Source of the DNA: Longimicrobiales bacterium
GTDB taxonomy: Bacteria; Gemmatimonadota; Gemmatimonadetes; Longimicrobiales; Gaopeijiaceae
Assembly: GCA_965238005.1 (NCBI GenBank)
Contig: OZ250165.1
Coordinates: 2,112,001 to 2,176,000 of the forward strand
DNA length: 64,000 nt
Direction: 5' to 3'
Positions 1-9,961 of the stretch are shown here, piece after piece. A program made the translations under genes and the position numbers. Under the pieces are notes generated by a model. The model ran no database searches, was not told the DNA's origin, and saw nothing but the letters and a program-made list of their open reading frames with translations. The number at the start of each line of letters is the position of its first letter. The first letter of the stretch is position 1.

Positions 1-168
1 TTCAACGAGGTCGGCTTTGGTCATCCTCTTCTCCTCGCCGGAAGTGTGGCCTTGTTCGGCGTCCATCGAACCCCCAGACTTCCCCCCGGAAACCATTGTC
101 TGTGGGGACCCCGCTGAGTCGGATTGCCCGCTCAATGCGAATCTGCATCAACTGTAAAGAGGTATAAG

Positions 169-1206
169 ATGCGCCCACTGACCGTTGTACTGACCGCCCT
201 GCTCATCTTGGCTGTCGGCTGCGAGGGGCCTGTGGGGCCAGCGGGGCCGCAGGGTCTTCCAGGGGCTGATGGAACCGATGGAGCTACGGGCCCCGAGGGG
301 CCACAAGGCCCACAAGGCGAGACCCTGGACTGGTCGGACGTCATCACGGAATCGCGCGTGGACGAAGCCGTGTACCGCGTGGTGGGCACTGGATTCGCAG
401 CACACTACTCGGATGCGATCTGGACGAATGCCCACGTTATTGAGAGGCTGCAAGAGAGCCTTGCTTTTCTGGAGGAGCTGGGCGCGATGAACCCGGAGCC
501 CGTTGTCGTGCGATCAGGCACCGTCGTGGGTGAAAGCGGAACCTTCGAGATCTCCGAGACCCTCGACGACAGTTGGTTCCATCCCGACTACGATAGTGAA
601 ACGCTCACGTCCTCGGACATAGGACTCTTGTACATCGACGGGGAAATGCCTGTTGGGCTGAACCTCCTGCCCCGGGAGATGGTCAACGACATCAGCATCG
701 GACAGCCCGTAGGCACGTTGGGCTTCCCCGGATCGCTGGAGTTCACGGGTATTGATGATGAGGTGGTCAGTGGCATAGTTACCCCCACATTCAAGGACGG
801 AGCGGTCAGTGCGCTCCGGGCGGTCGATTCGGGAGGGTCCCAATTCGTGGAGGTTCAGTACAACTTCGATACCACAGGAGGAACGAGCGGCAGTCCGGTC
901 TTCGATCACGACGGTTGGGTCATCGCCGTGAACTATGCGAGTATTGTCGCCCCTGTGGTGGGTGGGGATGGTGACATTGTACGTGTCCCGGTTGGAAGCC
1001 TGGATTTCGGCATCCGTGTGGATGAGATCTGGGAAGCCATCGACATACGGGCGGCCGGTTGTCAGTGTCGGCGAGCGTCGACCGAACAACCTTCCGGGCG
1101 TTTCGGGCGGCGGGAGGCCGATCAATCCGAACCGTCGGCGATGTTCCCGCGACAGGTCTATCCGGCCGACCTCTACCAGCCATTCCCTGACAGCTGGGAA
1201 CGGTGA
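169..1206 (+). CDS. Lipoprotein with collagen-like G-X-Y repeat and trypsin-like (S1) serine protease domain
   Basis: Signal peptide with lipobox LAVGC; about 11 G-X-Y triplets (GPVGPAGPQGLPGADG...); catalytic-type motifs TNAHV, DIGLL and GTSGSP. Confidence 0.8.
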   Translation: MRPLTVVLTALLILAVGCEGPVGPAGPQGLPGADGTDGATGPEGPQGPQGETLDWSDVITESRVDEAVYRVVGTGFAAHYSDAIWTNAHVIERLQESLAFLEELGAMNPEPVVVRSGTVVGESGTFEISETLDDSWFHPDYDSETLTSSDIGLLYIDGEMPVGLNLLPREMVNDISIGQPVGTLGFPGSLEFTGIDDEVVSGIVTPTFKDGAVSALRAVDSGGSQFVEVQYNFDTTGGTSGSPVFDHDGWVIAVNYASIVAPVVGGDGDIVRVPVGSLDFGIRVDEIWEAIDIRAAGCQCRRASTEQPSGRFGRREADQSEPSAMFPRQVYPADLYQPFPDSWER

Positions 1207-1335
1207 ACGGTGAGACGGCGCGTCCATGACTGACCCGGGGCACTCCTAGCGCTCCGCGAGGCTTCCCCGGCCGGTTCCCTGCGGTCCTGCTTGTAAGGAG
1301 GGGGCAGCGCGGATCAGGGCGCGCTCCCTCCAGGG

Positions 1336-2424
1336 GTGCACCCAATCGCGTCTGCCCACCCCACCCCTTACCCGGCCTATTGGGGATACGGCTGGGGGTA
1401 CGGCCACTGGGGTGGGGGCATCCACCTGAGCTTCGGAAGTCTCTACCCGTACAACTGGTTCGACTATGGGTATGGGAGCAGCTACTACGGCCCCTACTAC
1501 AGAGGTCGCGTCCTGCCGACCTACGTGGGTGTTCGGCCAAGGGTCGTGCCCGGACGGTACGCACGCGGCGGGTCGGCCCTCTATGGCTCGGGGCTGGGCT
1601 ACAAGGAGTCGCCACGGGCTACTCCGGCTAGACGGGTGGCCGACAATCGGGCGGTGACCCCGGCGCCCAGCGCGAGGACCGCAGCGCGGCGTGCAGTGAC
1701 CACTACCGCCGCCCGCACGCCCCAGCGGAGGGCGACGGCCGGTCGGGTGCAGGCACCGACGACTCGTGCCTCCGCGACCCGGGCTGCCGGGGCTCAGAGA
1801 ACGGCGCCCAGGGCTCGTCCCCCGGACGCCCTGCAAGGGCGGACCAACACGCGCTCGAGCGCAGCGTCGCGCGCTCGTGCGCCCAGCCGTGCGCGCTCGG
1901 GCTCCACGGATACGCGGACGCGGACGCCCACGGCTCGTTCGGCACCTTCCAGAGCCGCTACGCCTTGGGCCCGTACCGCGCCCTCCAGGCGGCGCTCGGG
2001 TGCTAGCCGTCCGTCGCCGACCACGCGCTCGAACCTGCAGCGCTCGAGACCGTCGGCGCGCACGGCCCCGCCTGCCCGCTCCGCGCCGGCGACGCGGGCC
2101 GCACCTTCACGGGGTAGCACGCGGTCCGTGACTCCTCGCCGCGCTCCGAGCCGGGCTCGGTTGGCTCCCCGGATCGCTCCGAGCCGTGCAAGGAGCGCAC
2201 CCCCGAGCTCGGCCCGGCGAGCGCCGTCCCGTCTGGCACCGAGTCGGAGTGTGGCGCCCAGTCGGCGTCCGCCGACCCGGTCGGCGGCACCGAGCCGGAG
2301 CTCTGGCAGGCGCTCTGCCCCCCGGGCGGCGCCCTCTCGCTCGTCGTCCGCCCGTAGCGCTCCCGCAAGGAGCGGCTCCTCGGGCCGGTCCCGAAGCGCG
2401 GTGCGGCGTCCCAGGGGCGGCTGA
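1336..2424 (+). CDS. Hypothetical protein with a Tyr/Gly/Trp-rich segment and a long Ser/Arg/Ala/Pro low-complexity tail
   Basis: YWGYGWGYG...YGPYY segment followed by many APSR repeats; convergent with hutI; start codon uncertain. Confidence 0.55.
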   Translation: MHPIASAHPTPYPAYWGYGWGYGHWGGGIHLSFGSLYPYNWFDYGYGSSYYGPYYRGRVLPTYVGVRPRVVPGRYARGGSALYGSGLGYKESPRATPARRVADNRAVTPAPSARTAARRAVTTTAARTPQRRATAGRVQAPTTRASATRAAGAQRTAPRARPPDALQGRTNTRSSAASRARAPSRARSGSTDTRTRTPTARSAPSRAATPWARTAPSRRRSGASRPSPTTRSNLQRSRPSARTAPPARSAPATRAAPSRGSTRSVTPRRAPSRARLAPRIAPSRARSAPPSSARRAPSRLAPSRSVAPSRRPPTRSAAPSRSSGRRSAPRAAPSRSSSARSAPARSGSSGRSRSAVRRPRGG

Positions 2425-2425
2425 T

Positions 2426-3652
2426 CTACGGCCCGACCACGACTCCCTCTTTGATCACGGACCGGCACGGGTTCGTGCCTATCCAGTAGGCCAGCTCTCG
2501 CGGGTGGCTCACGTCCCAAAGAGCCAGATCTGCACGCTTTCCCGGCTCCAAGGTGCCGATGTCTGCCCCCAGGTCCAAAGCCAATGCAGCATTCCTCGTC
2601 ACACCCGCCAGGGCCTCCTCCGGAGTCAGCCGGTAGAGAGTGCAGCCCATGTTGAGGATGGTGAGGAGTGAGAGGATGGGAGACGAGCCGGGGTTGGCGT
2701 CGGTCGCCAGGGCCATGGGCACGCCGTGCTCCCTGAGCGAGCTCACCGGAGGCGTGCGGGTCTCACTCAGATAGTAGAACGCCCCGGGAAGCAACACGGC
2801 CACGGTCTCCGCTCCGGCCATCGCCCGGACGCCATCCTCGGACGCGTACTCGAGGTGATCGGCCGAGAGGGCCGAGAAGCGGGCTGCCAGGGCCGCGCCC
2901 CCCGTATCCGACAGCTGGTCAGCGTGGAGCCTGATCGGAAGCCCCAGGTCGCTGGCCGCCTGGAAGAACGAGGCGCACTCGTCGGGTGTGAATGCGATCC
3001 CCTCGCAGAAGGCATCGACCATGTCCACCAGACCGTCCTCCACGGCCGACGGCAGCAGCTCCCCCACCACGAGAGCCACGAAGTCGTCGCGCCGTCCGTC
3101 GAACTCGGGAGGGAGGGCGTGGAGAGCGAGAAGCGTCGTTCTGACGGTGAGCGGGAGTCTCTCACCGACGCTTCGTGCCGTCTGCAGCATGCGTAGCTCG
3201 GTGGCGACATCCATACCGTAGCCGGACTTGATCTCGAGGGTGGTGACACCCTGGCGAAGCAGCTCGCCGGCCCTCGCCACGGCTCCGGCTTCCAGCTCCT
3301 CGGACGTGGCCTCCCGGGTCGCCCGCACGGTGGAGCGGATGCCCCCCCCGGCGCTGGCGATCTCGACATAGGTGGCGCCCTGCAGGCGAGCCTCGAACTC
3401 GTCGGCCCTGTCCCCTCCGAAAACGAGATGGGTATGGCAGTCGATGAGCCCGGGGGTCAGCCAGGCGCCCCCGGCATCGTGTACCTCGGTTTCGGGGCCC
3501 ATACCACTCGCGGGTAGCTGCGACCTCGGCCCCACCCACTCGATCTTCCCGCTGGTCGCGGCCACGGCACCGTCAGGCACCTCTCCGTAGGCGGCGCCGC
3601 CGCTCCGCATGGTGGCGACCTGGCTATTCAGCCAAACGCTGTCGAATGCCAA
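2426..3652 (-). CDS. hutI: Imidazolonepropionase
   Basis: PGLIDCHTHLVFGG, EIKSGYG, LHADQL, SADHLE and ATDANPGSSP motifs; hut cluster; TTG start inferred. Confidence 0.95.
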   Translation of the reverse strand: MAFDSVWLNSQVATMRSGGAAYGEVPDGAVAATSGKIEWVGPRSQLPASGMGPETEVHDAGGAWLTPGLIDCHTHLVFGGDRADEFEARLQGATYVEIASAGGGIRSTVRATREATSEELEAGAVARAGELLRQGVTTLEIKSGYGMDVATELRMLQTARSVGERLPLTVRTTLLALHALPPEFDGRRDDFVALVVGELLPSAVEDGLVDMVDAFCEGIAFTPDECASFFQAASDLGLPIRLHADQLSDTGGAALAARFSALSADHLEYASEDGVRAMAGAETVAVLLPGAFYYLSETRTPPVSSLREHGVPMALATDANPGSSPILSLLTILNMGCTLYRLTPEEALAGVTRNAALALDLGADIGTLEPGKRADLALWDVSHPRELAYWIGTNPCRSVIKEGVVVGP

Positions 3653-3660
3653 AGAGAGTC

Positions 3661-5508
3661 CTATCCGTTGGTGATTCCTGGCCGCCCTAGCGCCGCCTCC
3701 ACGCACTTCTCCACCACCCGCGCAGCTTCGTCGGCTTCCTGCAGAATGCCATCCAGCTTGCCTCGAACGTCCTTGTCGAACGCTTCGTCCGAGATGTTCG
3801 GGAGGTTGATGCGCACGTTGTAGATCGCGGCCTTGAGGCCCGCATGGGCCATGAGCGCCCCCGATCCCACGTCGCTGATCATCTCGGGCGTGGCCATGGC
3901 CGCCATCTCCTCACAGAGCTTCATGGCCTCCAGGCATCCCTCGGCTGTCCCGAGCGGAACGAGCGTGGCCGTTTTGTAGCCCTCCTGGATGGCGGCGGAA
4001 CGAAGAGTCCGCTCTTCTTCGGTGTCCGGTGGCATGCGCATGCCCGTGAGGACGGAGTCGAAGGCCTGTGTGTCCTCGTCCACCATTCTGACGAGGAGGT
4101 CCTTTACGGCTTGAGCCCTTTCCGCGATGGAGCACAGCTGCTCGTAGCGATCGTCGAACTCGCCCTTCCCCACCGACAGGTTCACCACCATCGAGACCAG
4201 CGCCCCACCGAGAGCGCCGGCCAGAGCGGCTACCGATCCCCCGCCCGGGGCGGGTGTCTCCCGCGAAACCTCGTCGATGAAGTCGAACGTGGGACGCAGG
4301 ACCAAGGGCCCCTCCACGGTGGGCGCCGCCAAGACCTTCTCCCGAACGTCGAAGGGCGCGACGTCTCTCAACCCCATGGACTGGATGGCCGTCTCCAGAA
4401 GATCAGCGACCGGAACGCCCGTGGACTTCATGGCCCGTCTGCGATAGAAGACTCCGGCCTGCCGCAAGGCTTCGAAGGGGATGAGGCCGATCAGCTCGGA
4501 GCCAGTGATGACCACACCCCTCTTGCGCGCCTCTTCCCGAGCCGCCTCCAGCACCTCATGAGGAGGGCTCACCTTGAAGTTCGTGAAGTTGATGCTGATC
4601 TGAGCCCGGTTGTACTCTTCGATCACCCAGCCGATGGCCTTTACGTCCGTAAACAGGCCGTCGTCGAAGACGGGGCCGGACGGGGCCTCGGGATCGATGT
4701 CCAGGGCCTGGTAGCGCGCCCGAAGATCCCCCCCGTGAACGTCCCGGTAGTGGGTCTCCAGCTCCCCGAAGCTCCCGCCCACGAAGTCGCAGGGACCGCA
4801 GGGGTAGGTACCATCCTCGGGGAAGCGCACGACCTCGCCCTTGTAGTAGAACGGATCAGTGTTGCCCACCCGCTTCCACCGCCCCCGTTCCCGGAGCGCG
4901 TAGGCAATGTCGTTGGCGTAGCGCCGGTCGGTGGAGCTCAGGTTGATGTTGTACGCGATCAGGAATTCCCGGGCGCCCACACAGGTGGCTCCCGCCCCCG
5001 GATTGAGGACCTGTGGCCCGAAGTCCGGATGCCAGTCCGGATCCTTGAGCTTCTCGGCCATACTCTCGTACTCGCCGGACCGCACCTGTGCGAGGTTTTC
5101 CCGCTCCGGACGGGTAGCCGCCTGCTCGTAGAGGAAGACCGGAATGTCAAGCTCCTCGCCGATGCGCTTTCCGACACGTTGAGCCATGGCGACGCACTCT
5201 TCCATGGTCACACCGGACACCGGCACGAAGGGCACGACGTCGGTGGCCCCCATCCTGGGATGCTCTCCCTGGTGCTCCCGCATGTCGATGAGCTGGGCAG
5301 CCCTGGCCACGCACTGGAAGGCGGCGTCTTCGACTGCATCGGGGGCACCGACGAAGGTGACCACGGTTCTGTTGGTATTGGCCCCCGGATCCACGTCGAG
5401 AAGGCGGACGCCGGCGACGGCCTCGATGGCGTTGGTGATCTCCTTCAGGACGGCGGGGTTCCTTCCTTCGGAGAAGTTGGGGACACACTCGACGATCGGT
5501 TGAGACAT
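3661..5508 (-). CDS. ftcd: Glutamate formimidoyltransferase / formiminotetrahydrofolate cyclodeaminase (bifunctional)
   Basis: ECVPNFSEGR, NRTVVT and HPRMGATDV motifs; C-terminal PAPGGGSVAA cyclodeaminase motif. Confidence 0.95.
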   Translation of the reverse strand: MSQPIVECVPNFSEGRNPAVLKEITNAIEAVAGVRLLDVDPGANTNRTVVTFVGAPDAVEDAAFQCVARAAQLIDMREHQGEHPRMGATDVVPFVPVSGVTMEECVAMAQRVGKRIGEELDIPVFLYEQAATRPERENLAQVRSGEYESMAEKLKDPDWHPDFGPQVLNPGAGATCVGAREFLIAYNINLSSTDRRYANDIAYALRERGRWKRVGNTDPFYYKGEVVRFPEDGTYPCGPCDFVGGSFGELETHYRDVHGGDLRARYQALDIDPEAPSGPVFDDGLFTDVKAIGWVIEEYNRAQISINFTNFKVSPPHEVLEAAREEARKRGVVITGSELIGLIPFEALRQAGVFYRRRAMKSTGVPVADLLETAIQSMGLRDVAPFDVREKVLAAPTVEGPLVLRPTFDFIDEVSRETPAPGGGSVAALAGALGGALVSMVVNLSVGKGEFDDRYEQLCSIAERAQAVKDLLVRMVDEDTQAFDSVLTGMRMPPDTEEERTLRSAAIQEGYKTATLVPLGTAEGCLEAMKLCEEMAAMATPEMISDVGSGALMAHAGLKAAIYNVRINLPNISDEAFDKDVRGKLDGILQEADEAARVVEKCVEAALGRPGITNG

Positions 5509-5514
5509 GAGTTG

Positions 5515-7182
5515 TCAGCTCTCCCGCATTGGAATAAGAAGCCCCTCTCGCTCGGCGGTCTCCACCGCCTTCTGGTAGCCCGCATCGGCGTGTCGTACGA
5601 CGCCGATACCGGGATCGTTGGTGAGTACCCGACGGATCCGCTCAGACATCTCGGCCGAGCCGTCGGCCACCAGGACCTGGCCGGCATGGAGTGAGTTGCC
5701 GATGCCGACGCCGCCGCCGTGATGGAACGACACCCAGCTCGCTCCCGACGCCGTGTTCAGGAGGGCGTTCAGAATGGGCCAGTCGGCAACCGCGTCGCTT
5801 CCGTCGAGCATGGCCTCGGTCTCGCGGTAGGGCGAAGCCACCGACCCGGTATCCAGATGGTCGCGCCCGATGACGATAGGAGCCGAGACCTCGTCGCTGG
5901 CCACGAGCTCGTTCATGGCCACTCCGAAGCGGGCCCGCTCTCCCTGTCCCAACCAGCAGATCCTGGCCGGCAGCCCTTGGAAGTGGACTTTCTCCCGCGC
6001 CATGCCGATCCAGCGCACCAGATGCTCGTCGTCGGGGAACATCTCCAGCACCAGATCGTCGGTCCGGTGGATGTCGGTCGGGTCACCCGAGAGCGCCACC
6101 CATCGGAAGGGCCCCTTCCCCTCGCAGAACAGAGGACGCACGTAGGCGGGCACGAACCCGGGGAACGCGAAGGCGTCTTCGAAGCCGGCGTCCAGGGCCT
6201 GGGTCCGGAGGTTGTTTCCATAGTCGGTCGTATGGGCGCCTGCCCGCATGAGGTTCACCATGGCCTCACAGTGGATGCGCATGGACTCCATGGATCGCCG
6301 GATGTACTCGTCGGGATCGGAAGCCCGCAGGGACGCGGCGGCTTCCAGGGACAAGCCTGCCGGAACGTAGCCGTGCAGCGGGTCGTGAGCCGACGTCTGG
6401 TCGGTGAGCAGGTCGGGGACGACCCCACGGCGGGAGATCTCCGGGATCACTTCCGCACAGTTGCCCACCAGGCCCACGCTGAGCGCCTCACCCCGGTCGG
6501 CGGCCCCCCGAGTCCACTCGAGCGCCTCGTCGAGATCGTCGGTCATTCGGTCGCAGTACCCGGTGTCCAGCCGCCGCTGGATCCGTGCCGGGTCCACCTC
6601 CACGACCAGAATGGCGCCATTATTCATGGTAGCAGCCAGCGGCTGAGCGCCACCCATGCCCCCCATCCCGCCGGTCAGGACCCAGCGGCCCTTGAGGCTG
6701 GAGCCGAAGTGCTTCCGAGCCATGGCCCCGAAGGTCTCGTACGTGCCCTGCAAGATGCCCTGGGTCCCGATGTAGATCCACGAACCGGCCGTCATCTGGC
6801 CATACATCATGAGCCCCTTCCGCTCCAGCTCGTTGAAGTGGTCCCAGTCGGCCCAACGGCCCACGAGGTTGGAGTTGGCGATGAGGACGCGGGGGGCATC
6901 GGTGTGGGTGGTGAAGACTCCGACCGGCTTGCCGGACTGGACGAGGAGCGTCTCGTCGTCCTCAAGTGCGCGTAGGGAAGCCACGATGCGGTCGAACGCC
7001 TCCCAGCTTCGGGCGGCCTTGCCGGTTCCACCGTGGACGACCAGGTCGTTGGGTCGCTCGGCGACCTCCGGATCCAGGTTGTTCATCAGCATCCGGAGGG
7101 CGGCCTCCTGGGTCCACCCCTTGCAGGAAAGCTCGTTGCCGCGGGGCGCGCGGATCGTTCGCGGCCCGACTGTGGTGCTCAA
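5515..7182 (-). CDS. hutU: Urocanate hydratase
   Basis: [28 protein letters not shown] and GRDHLD motifs; TTG start after a GAAGGAG RBS. Confidence 0.97.
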   Translation of the reverse strand: MSTTVGPRTIRAPRGNELSCKGWTQEAALRMLMNNLDPEVAERPNDLVVHGGTGKAARSWEAFDRIVASLRALEDDETLLVQSGKPVGVFTTHTDAPRVLIANSNLVGRWADWDHFNELERKGLMMYGQMTAGSWIYIGTQGILQGTYETFGAMARKHFGSSLKGRWVLTGGMGGMGGAQPLAATMNNGAILVVEVDPARIQRRLDTGYCDRMTDDLDEALEWTRGAADRGEALSVGLVGNCAEVIPEISRRGVVPDLLTDQTSAHDPLHGYVPAGLSLEAAASLRASDPDEYIRRSMESMRIHCEAMVNLMRAGAHTTDYGNNLRTQALDAGFEDAFAFPGFVPAYVRPLFCEGKGPFRWVALSGDPTDIHRTDDLVLEMFPDDEHLVRWIGMAREKVHFQGLPARICWLGQGERARFGVAMNELVASDEVSAPIVIGRDHLDTGSVASPYRETEAMLDGSDAVADWPILNALLNTASGASWVSFHHGGGVGIGNSLHAGQVLVADGSAEMSERIRRVLTNDPGIGVVRHADAGYQKAVETAEREGLLIPMRES

Positions 7183-7195
7183 AGCTCTATCTCCT

Positions 7196-8701
7196 TCACT
7201 CGACAAGGCTCGCCAGTGTACCGTCACGTATCAGGTCTCTCACAGCCTCGAAGTCGCCTGACAGAGAGCGGTCGCCGTCGAGGCGCGCGACATGCTCACG
7301 GATCAAAGCGTGTGCCCTTTCTACTCCGTCCCCCGCCTTCAAGGGCCGGTGGTATTCGATCGCCTCGGCCGCCGCCACCAGCTCGATGGCCAGGACGTAC
7401 TCCAGACAGTCCACGATCCGTCGTGCTTTGCGGGCCGCGGCCAATCCCATCGAAACGTGGTCCTCCTGGCTAGCGCTGGTGGGCACCGAGTCCACACTGG
7501 CGGGATGAGAGAGCACTCGCATCTCGGCCAGCAGATCCACGGCCGTCACCTGGGCGATCATGAACCCGGACTGGAGGCCCGGCTCCCGTGCCAGGAAAGC
7601 CGGTAGACCCGAGAGATCCGGGTTGAGAAGCCGCTCGGTTCGTCGCTCACTGATGGCCGCCAGGTCCGTCACAGCCATGCACAGGAGATCGAGAGCCTGG
7701 GAGACGATCTGCGCATGGAAGTTACCGGCGCTCACCACGGCCCGGGCCTCGGGGAAAACCAACGGGTTGTCGGTGGCGCTGTTGGCCTCGGTGGTCAGAA
7801 TCTCCCGCACGTAGCCGAGGGAGCTCCGGGCGGCCCCATGGACCTGCGGCATGCAGCGCAGGCAGTAGGCGTCCTGAACCCGGGGATCACCGTGCCGATG
7901 CGACTCGCGGATCTCCGAGTCGGCAAGCAGCGCCCGGAGGCGGCGGGCCGACTCGATCTGGCCCGGATGGGGCCGGGCCTCCTGCACCTCGGCTCGAAAC
8001 GCCTCGGGAGTCCCCTTCAGCCCCTCGAGGCTCATGCAGCCGGCGACTTCAGCCACGTTCAGGGCCCGCTGCGCCGTGAGCAGGGCCAGAATCCCGAGGC
8101 CCGTGGTGGCCTGGGTCCCGTTGATGAGGGCCAGGCCCTCCTTTTCGCACAGCTCGACGGCGTCGAGGCCGAGCTCGGCCAGCACCTCTCCGGTGTCCCG
8201 AATCCGGTCCCGGTACTCGACCTTGCCCTCTCCGATCAGGGCCAGGGCGATGTGGGCCAGGGGTGCCAGATCCCCGCTGGCGCCCACCGATCCGAACCGT
8301 GGCACCACGGGGTGGACGGCCCGGTTCAGAAGCTCCAACAGCAGGTCGATGACCTCCTCGCGGCAACCCGAGTTGCCGCGGGCAAGGGCGTTGGCCCTGA
8401 GGATGATGATTGCACGCACCTCTTCGGTGGCCATCGTCTCGCCCACCCCGGACGAGTGGCTACGCACCAGATTCCGCTGGAGCTGCCCCTGCTGATCGGG
8501 TGAGATGACGACCTCGGCCAGACGCCCGAATCCAGTCGTAACCCCGTAGATGCGCTCTCCGCTCTCGAGGAGCTCCTCGACGAAGTCCCGGGCTTGGCGC
8601 ACCCGGGATCGGGCCGCCTCCGCCAGGGATACCGGCACCCGCCCGACAGCTGCTTCCTCCACGGTCTCCAATGGGAGGCCGTGGCCCGTGAGCTCGATCA
8701 T
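7196..8701 (-). CDS. hutH: Histidine ammonia-lyase
   Basis: [22 protein letters not shown] (MIO-forming ASG), QDAYCLRC and EDHVSMG motifs; ATG after AGGAG. Confidence 0.96.
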   Translation of the reverse strand: MIELTGHGLPLETVEEAAVGRVPVSLAEAARSRVRQARDFVEELLESGERIYGVTTGFGRLAEVVISPDQQGQLQRNLVRSHSSGVGETMATEEVRAIIILRANALARGNSGCREEVIDLLLELLNRAVHPVVPRFGSVGASGDLAPLAHIALALIGEGKVEYRDRIRDTGEVLAELGLDAVELCEKEGLALINGTQATTGLGILALLTAQRALNVAEVAGCMSLEGLKGTPEAFRAEVQEARPHPGQIESARRLRALLADSEIRESHRHGDPRVQDAYCLRCMPQVHGAARSSLGYVREILTTEANSATDNPLVFPEARAVVSAGNFHAQIVSQALDLLCMAVTDLAAISERRTERLLNPDLSGLPAFLAREPGLQSGFMIAQVTAVDLLAEMRVLSHPASVDSVPTSASQEDHVSMGLAAARKARRIVDCLEYVLAIELVAAAEAIEYHRPLKAGDGVERAHALIREHVARLDGDRSLSGDFEAVRDLIRDGTLASLVE

Positions 8702-8774
8702 CGCACTCCTCGCACACTCGCGGGCCTCCGGACCATCCCTCCCCGGCGCAGCGGGGCGGGTCCCCACCTCCGGA

Positions 8775-9374
8775 TCATTCGCTGGCCCTTCGCTGCTCTT
8801 CGAATTCGGCCCTGGTGAGGGTGTAGTCTTCTTCCCGCCAATTGGCCTCCAGTTCGACGCCCAGTCCGTCGGCCAGGCGGTTGACGTAGTTGTAGTAGCA
8901 GACCACCTGACAGATATCGAGAATGGCGGCTTCGTCGAATCCCACCTCGCGGAGGCGTTCGACATCCCCTTCGCCCACCTTCCACGGCGTCAGGGTCAAC
9001 TTCATCGCGTAGTCGAGCATCGCCCGGTCCTCGACTTCCAGATCGGCCTCCCGATGGTCGCGAGCGAGAGCCCTCGACAGCTCGGGGTCTTTCGTGAGCC
9101 TACGGAGTCCCGCTCCGTGATGGTTGATTCAGTAGAAGCACTCGTTCACCGCCGAGACCGTCACGGCGATCATCTCCCGCTGCGCCCGGCTCAGCGGCGA
9201 CGGTCCCCGCATGAGGTTGTCATAGAGCCGTACGTGGTGCTCCATGGAGGGCGGATTCAGGGAGTGGATCCGGATGATATTGTCTACGTTCATCTCCGGG
9301 CCACCGTATCGCCGATACAGCTCGGCGAGGGAGCCCTGCGCCTCTTCGTACGGCACGTAGGGGATGTGCGCCAA
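8775..9374 (-). CDS. AhpD/CMD-family peroxidase-related protein, predicted selenoprotein (CxxU)
   Basis: ORFs 9129..9440 and 8775..9020 share a frame and are joined by a single TGA (9129-9131): ...REMIAVTVSAVNECFY-U-INHHG...; C-terminal YNYVNRLADGLG; hairpin immediately downstream of the TGA. Confidence 0.85.
9102..9118 (-). promoter_or_regulatory. Putative bacterial SECIS hairpin
   Basis: Minus strand reads TGA-ATCAACCATC-ACGGAG-CGGGA-CTCCGT: a perfect 6-bp stem with a G-rich loop starting 10 nt after the UGA. Confidence 0.7.
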
Positions 9375-9393
9375 TGCTCGGTGCCTTGCTCTA

Positions 9394-9746
9394 GAGGCCT
9401 GTTGAAGAAGTGGGGCGAGCCGCGTTAGGAGCGCCGACAAGCGCTAGGGCGCTTGTTACCGGCCAGATCCTAGGCGGTGCCCCGAAGGCATAGCAATAGC
9501 TACGTCGAGGGGCGCCAACAACGGAGATGGCCCCGTGCCGCCCTAACCCGAAGGGCGAAGGGGGGTTGCGGGCCCATAGCGCGTCTCTCTTCCTCGCCGT
9601 AGCCATGCTACGCCTCGTCATCGTTCGTTCTTCGCCTTCGGCTCAGGTGTCGCGGGTCCGCGACGTTCTCTGGTCACCGCAAGACCGGGGTACCCGCGCC
9701 GAAGGCGTGGGTCGCGCGGCCGCACCCCACTTCTTCAACAGGCCTC
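9394..9746. mobile_element. MITE-like non-autonomous element with 22-bp perfect terminal inverted repeats
   Basis: GAGGCCTGTTGAAGAAGTGGGG (9394-9415) and CCCCACTTCTTCAACAGGCCTC (9725-9746); no transposase inside. Confidence 0.75.
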
Positions 9747-9961
9747 GAGCGTCTGCTCGTGATCTGGTGTTCCGTTACCAAAGTCTCGGCAACGGAACAC
9801 TCGAAGTGCGGAAACATGCCCCGGTCATCGCGGAGGGGCAATGAAACCCCGGCGCATGACCTACACGCAGCGAACGTCCTTGCTTTTCGGCGGATCCGGG
9901 GGGCAGATTTACGCGGCACTGACCAGGATCGCCCCGCCCGTCCCCCTGCTCCCACGAGATC

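Noticed and set aside
7196..8965. 589-aa extended HutH and other long N-terminal extensions (47850, 48728, 42988 starts)
   Set aside because: The extensions overlap neighbouring genes or IS ends; for hutH and the 47850/48728 ORFs, downstream starts fit RBS or signal-peptide positions better.
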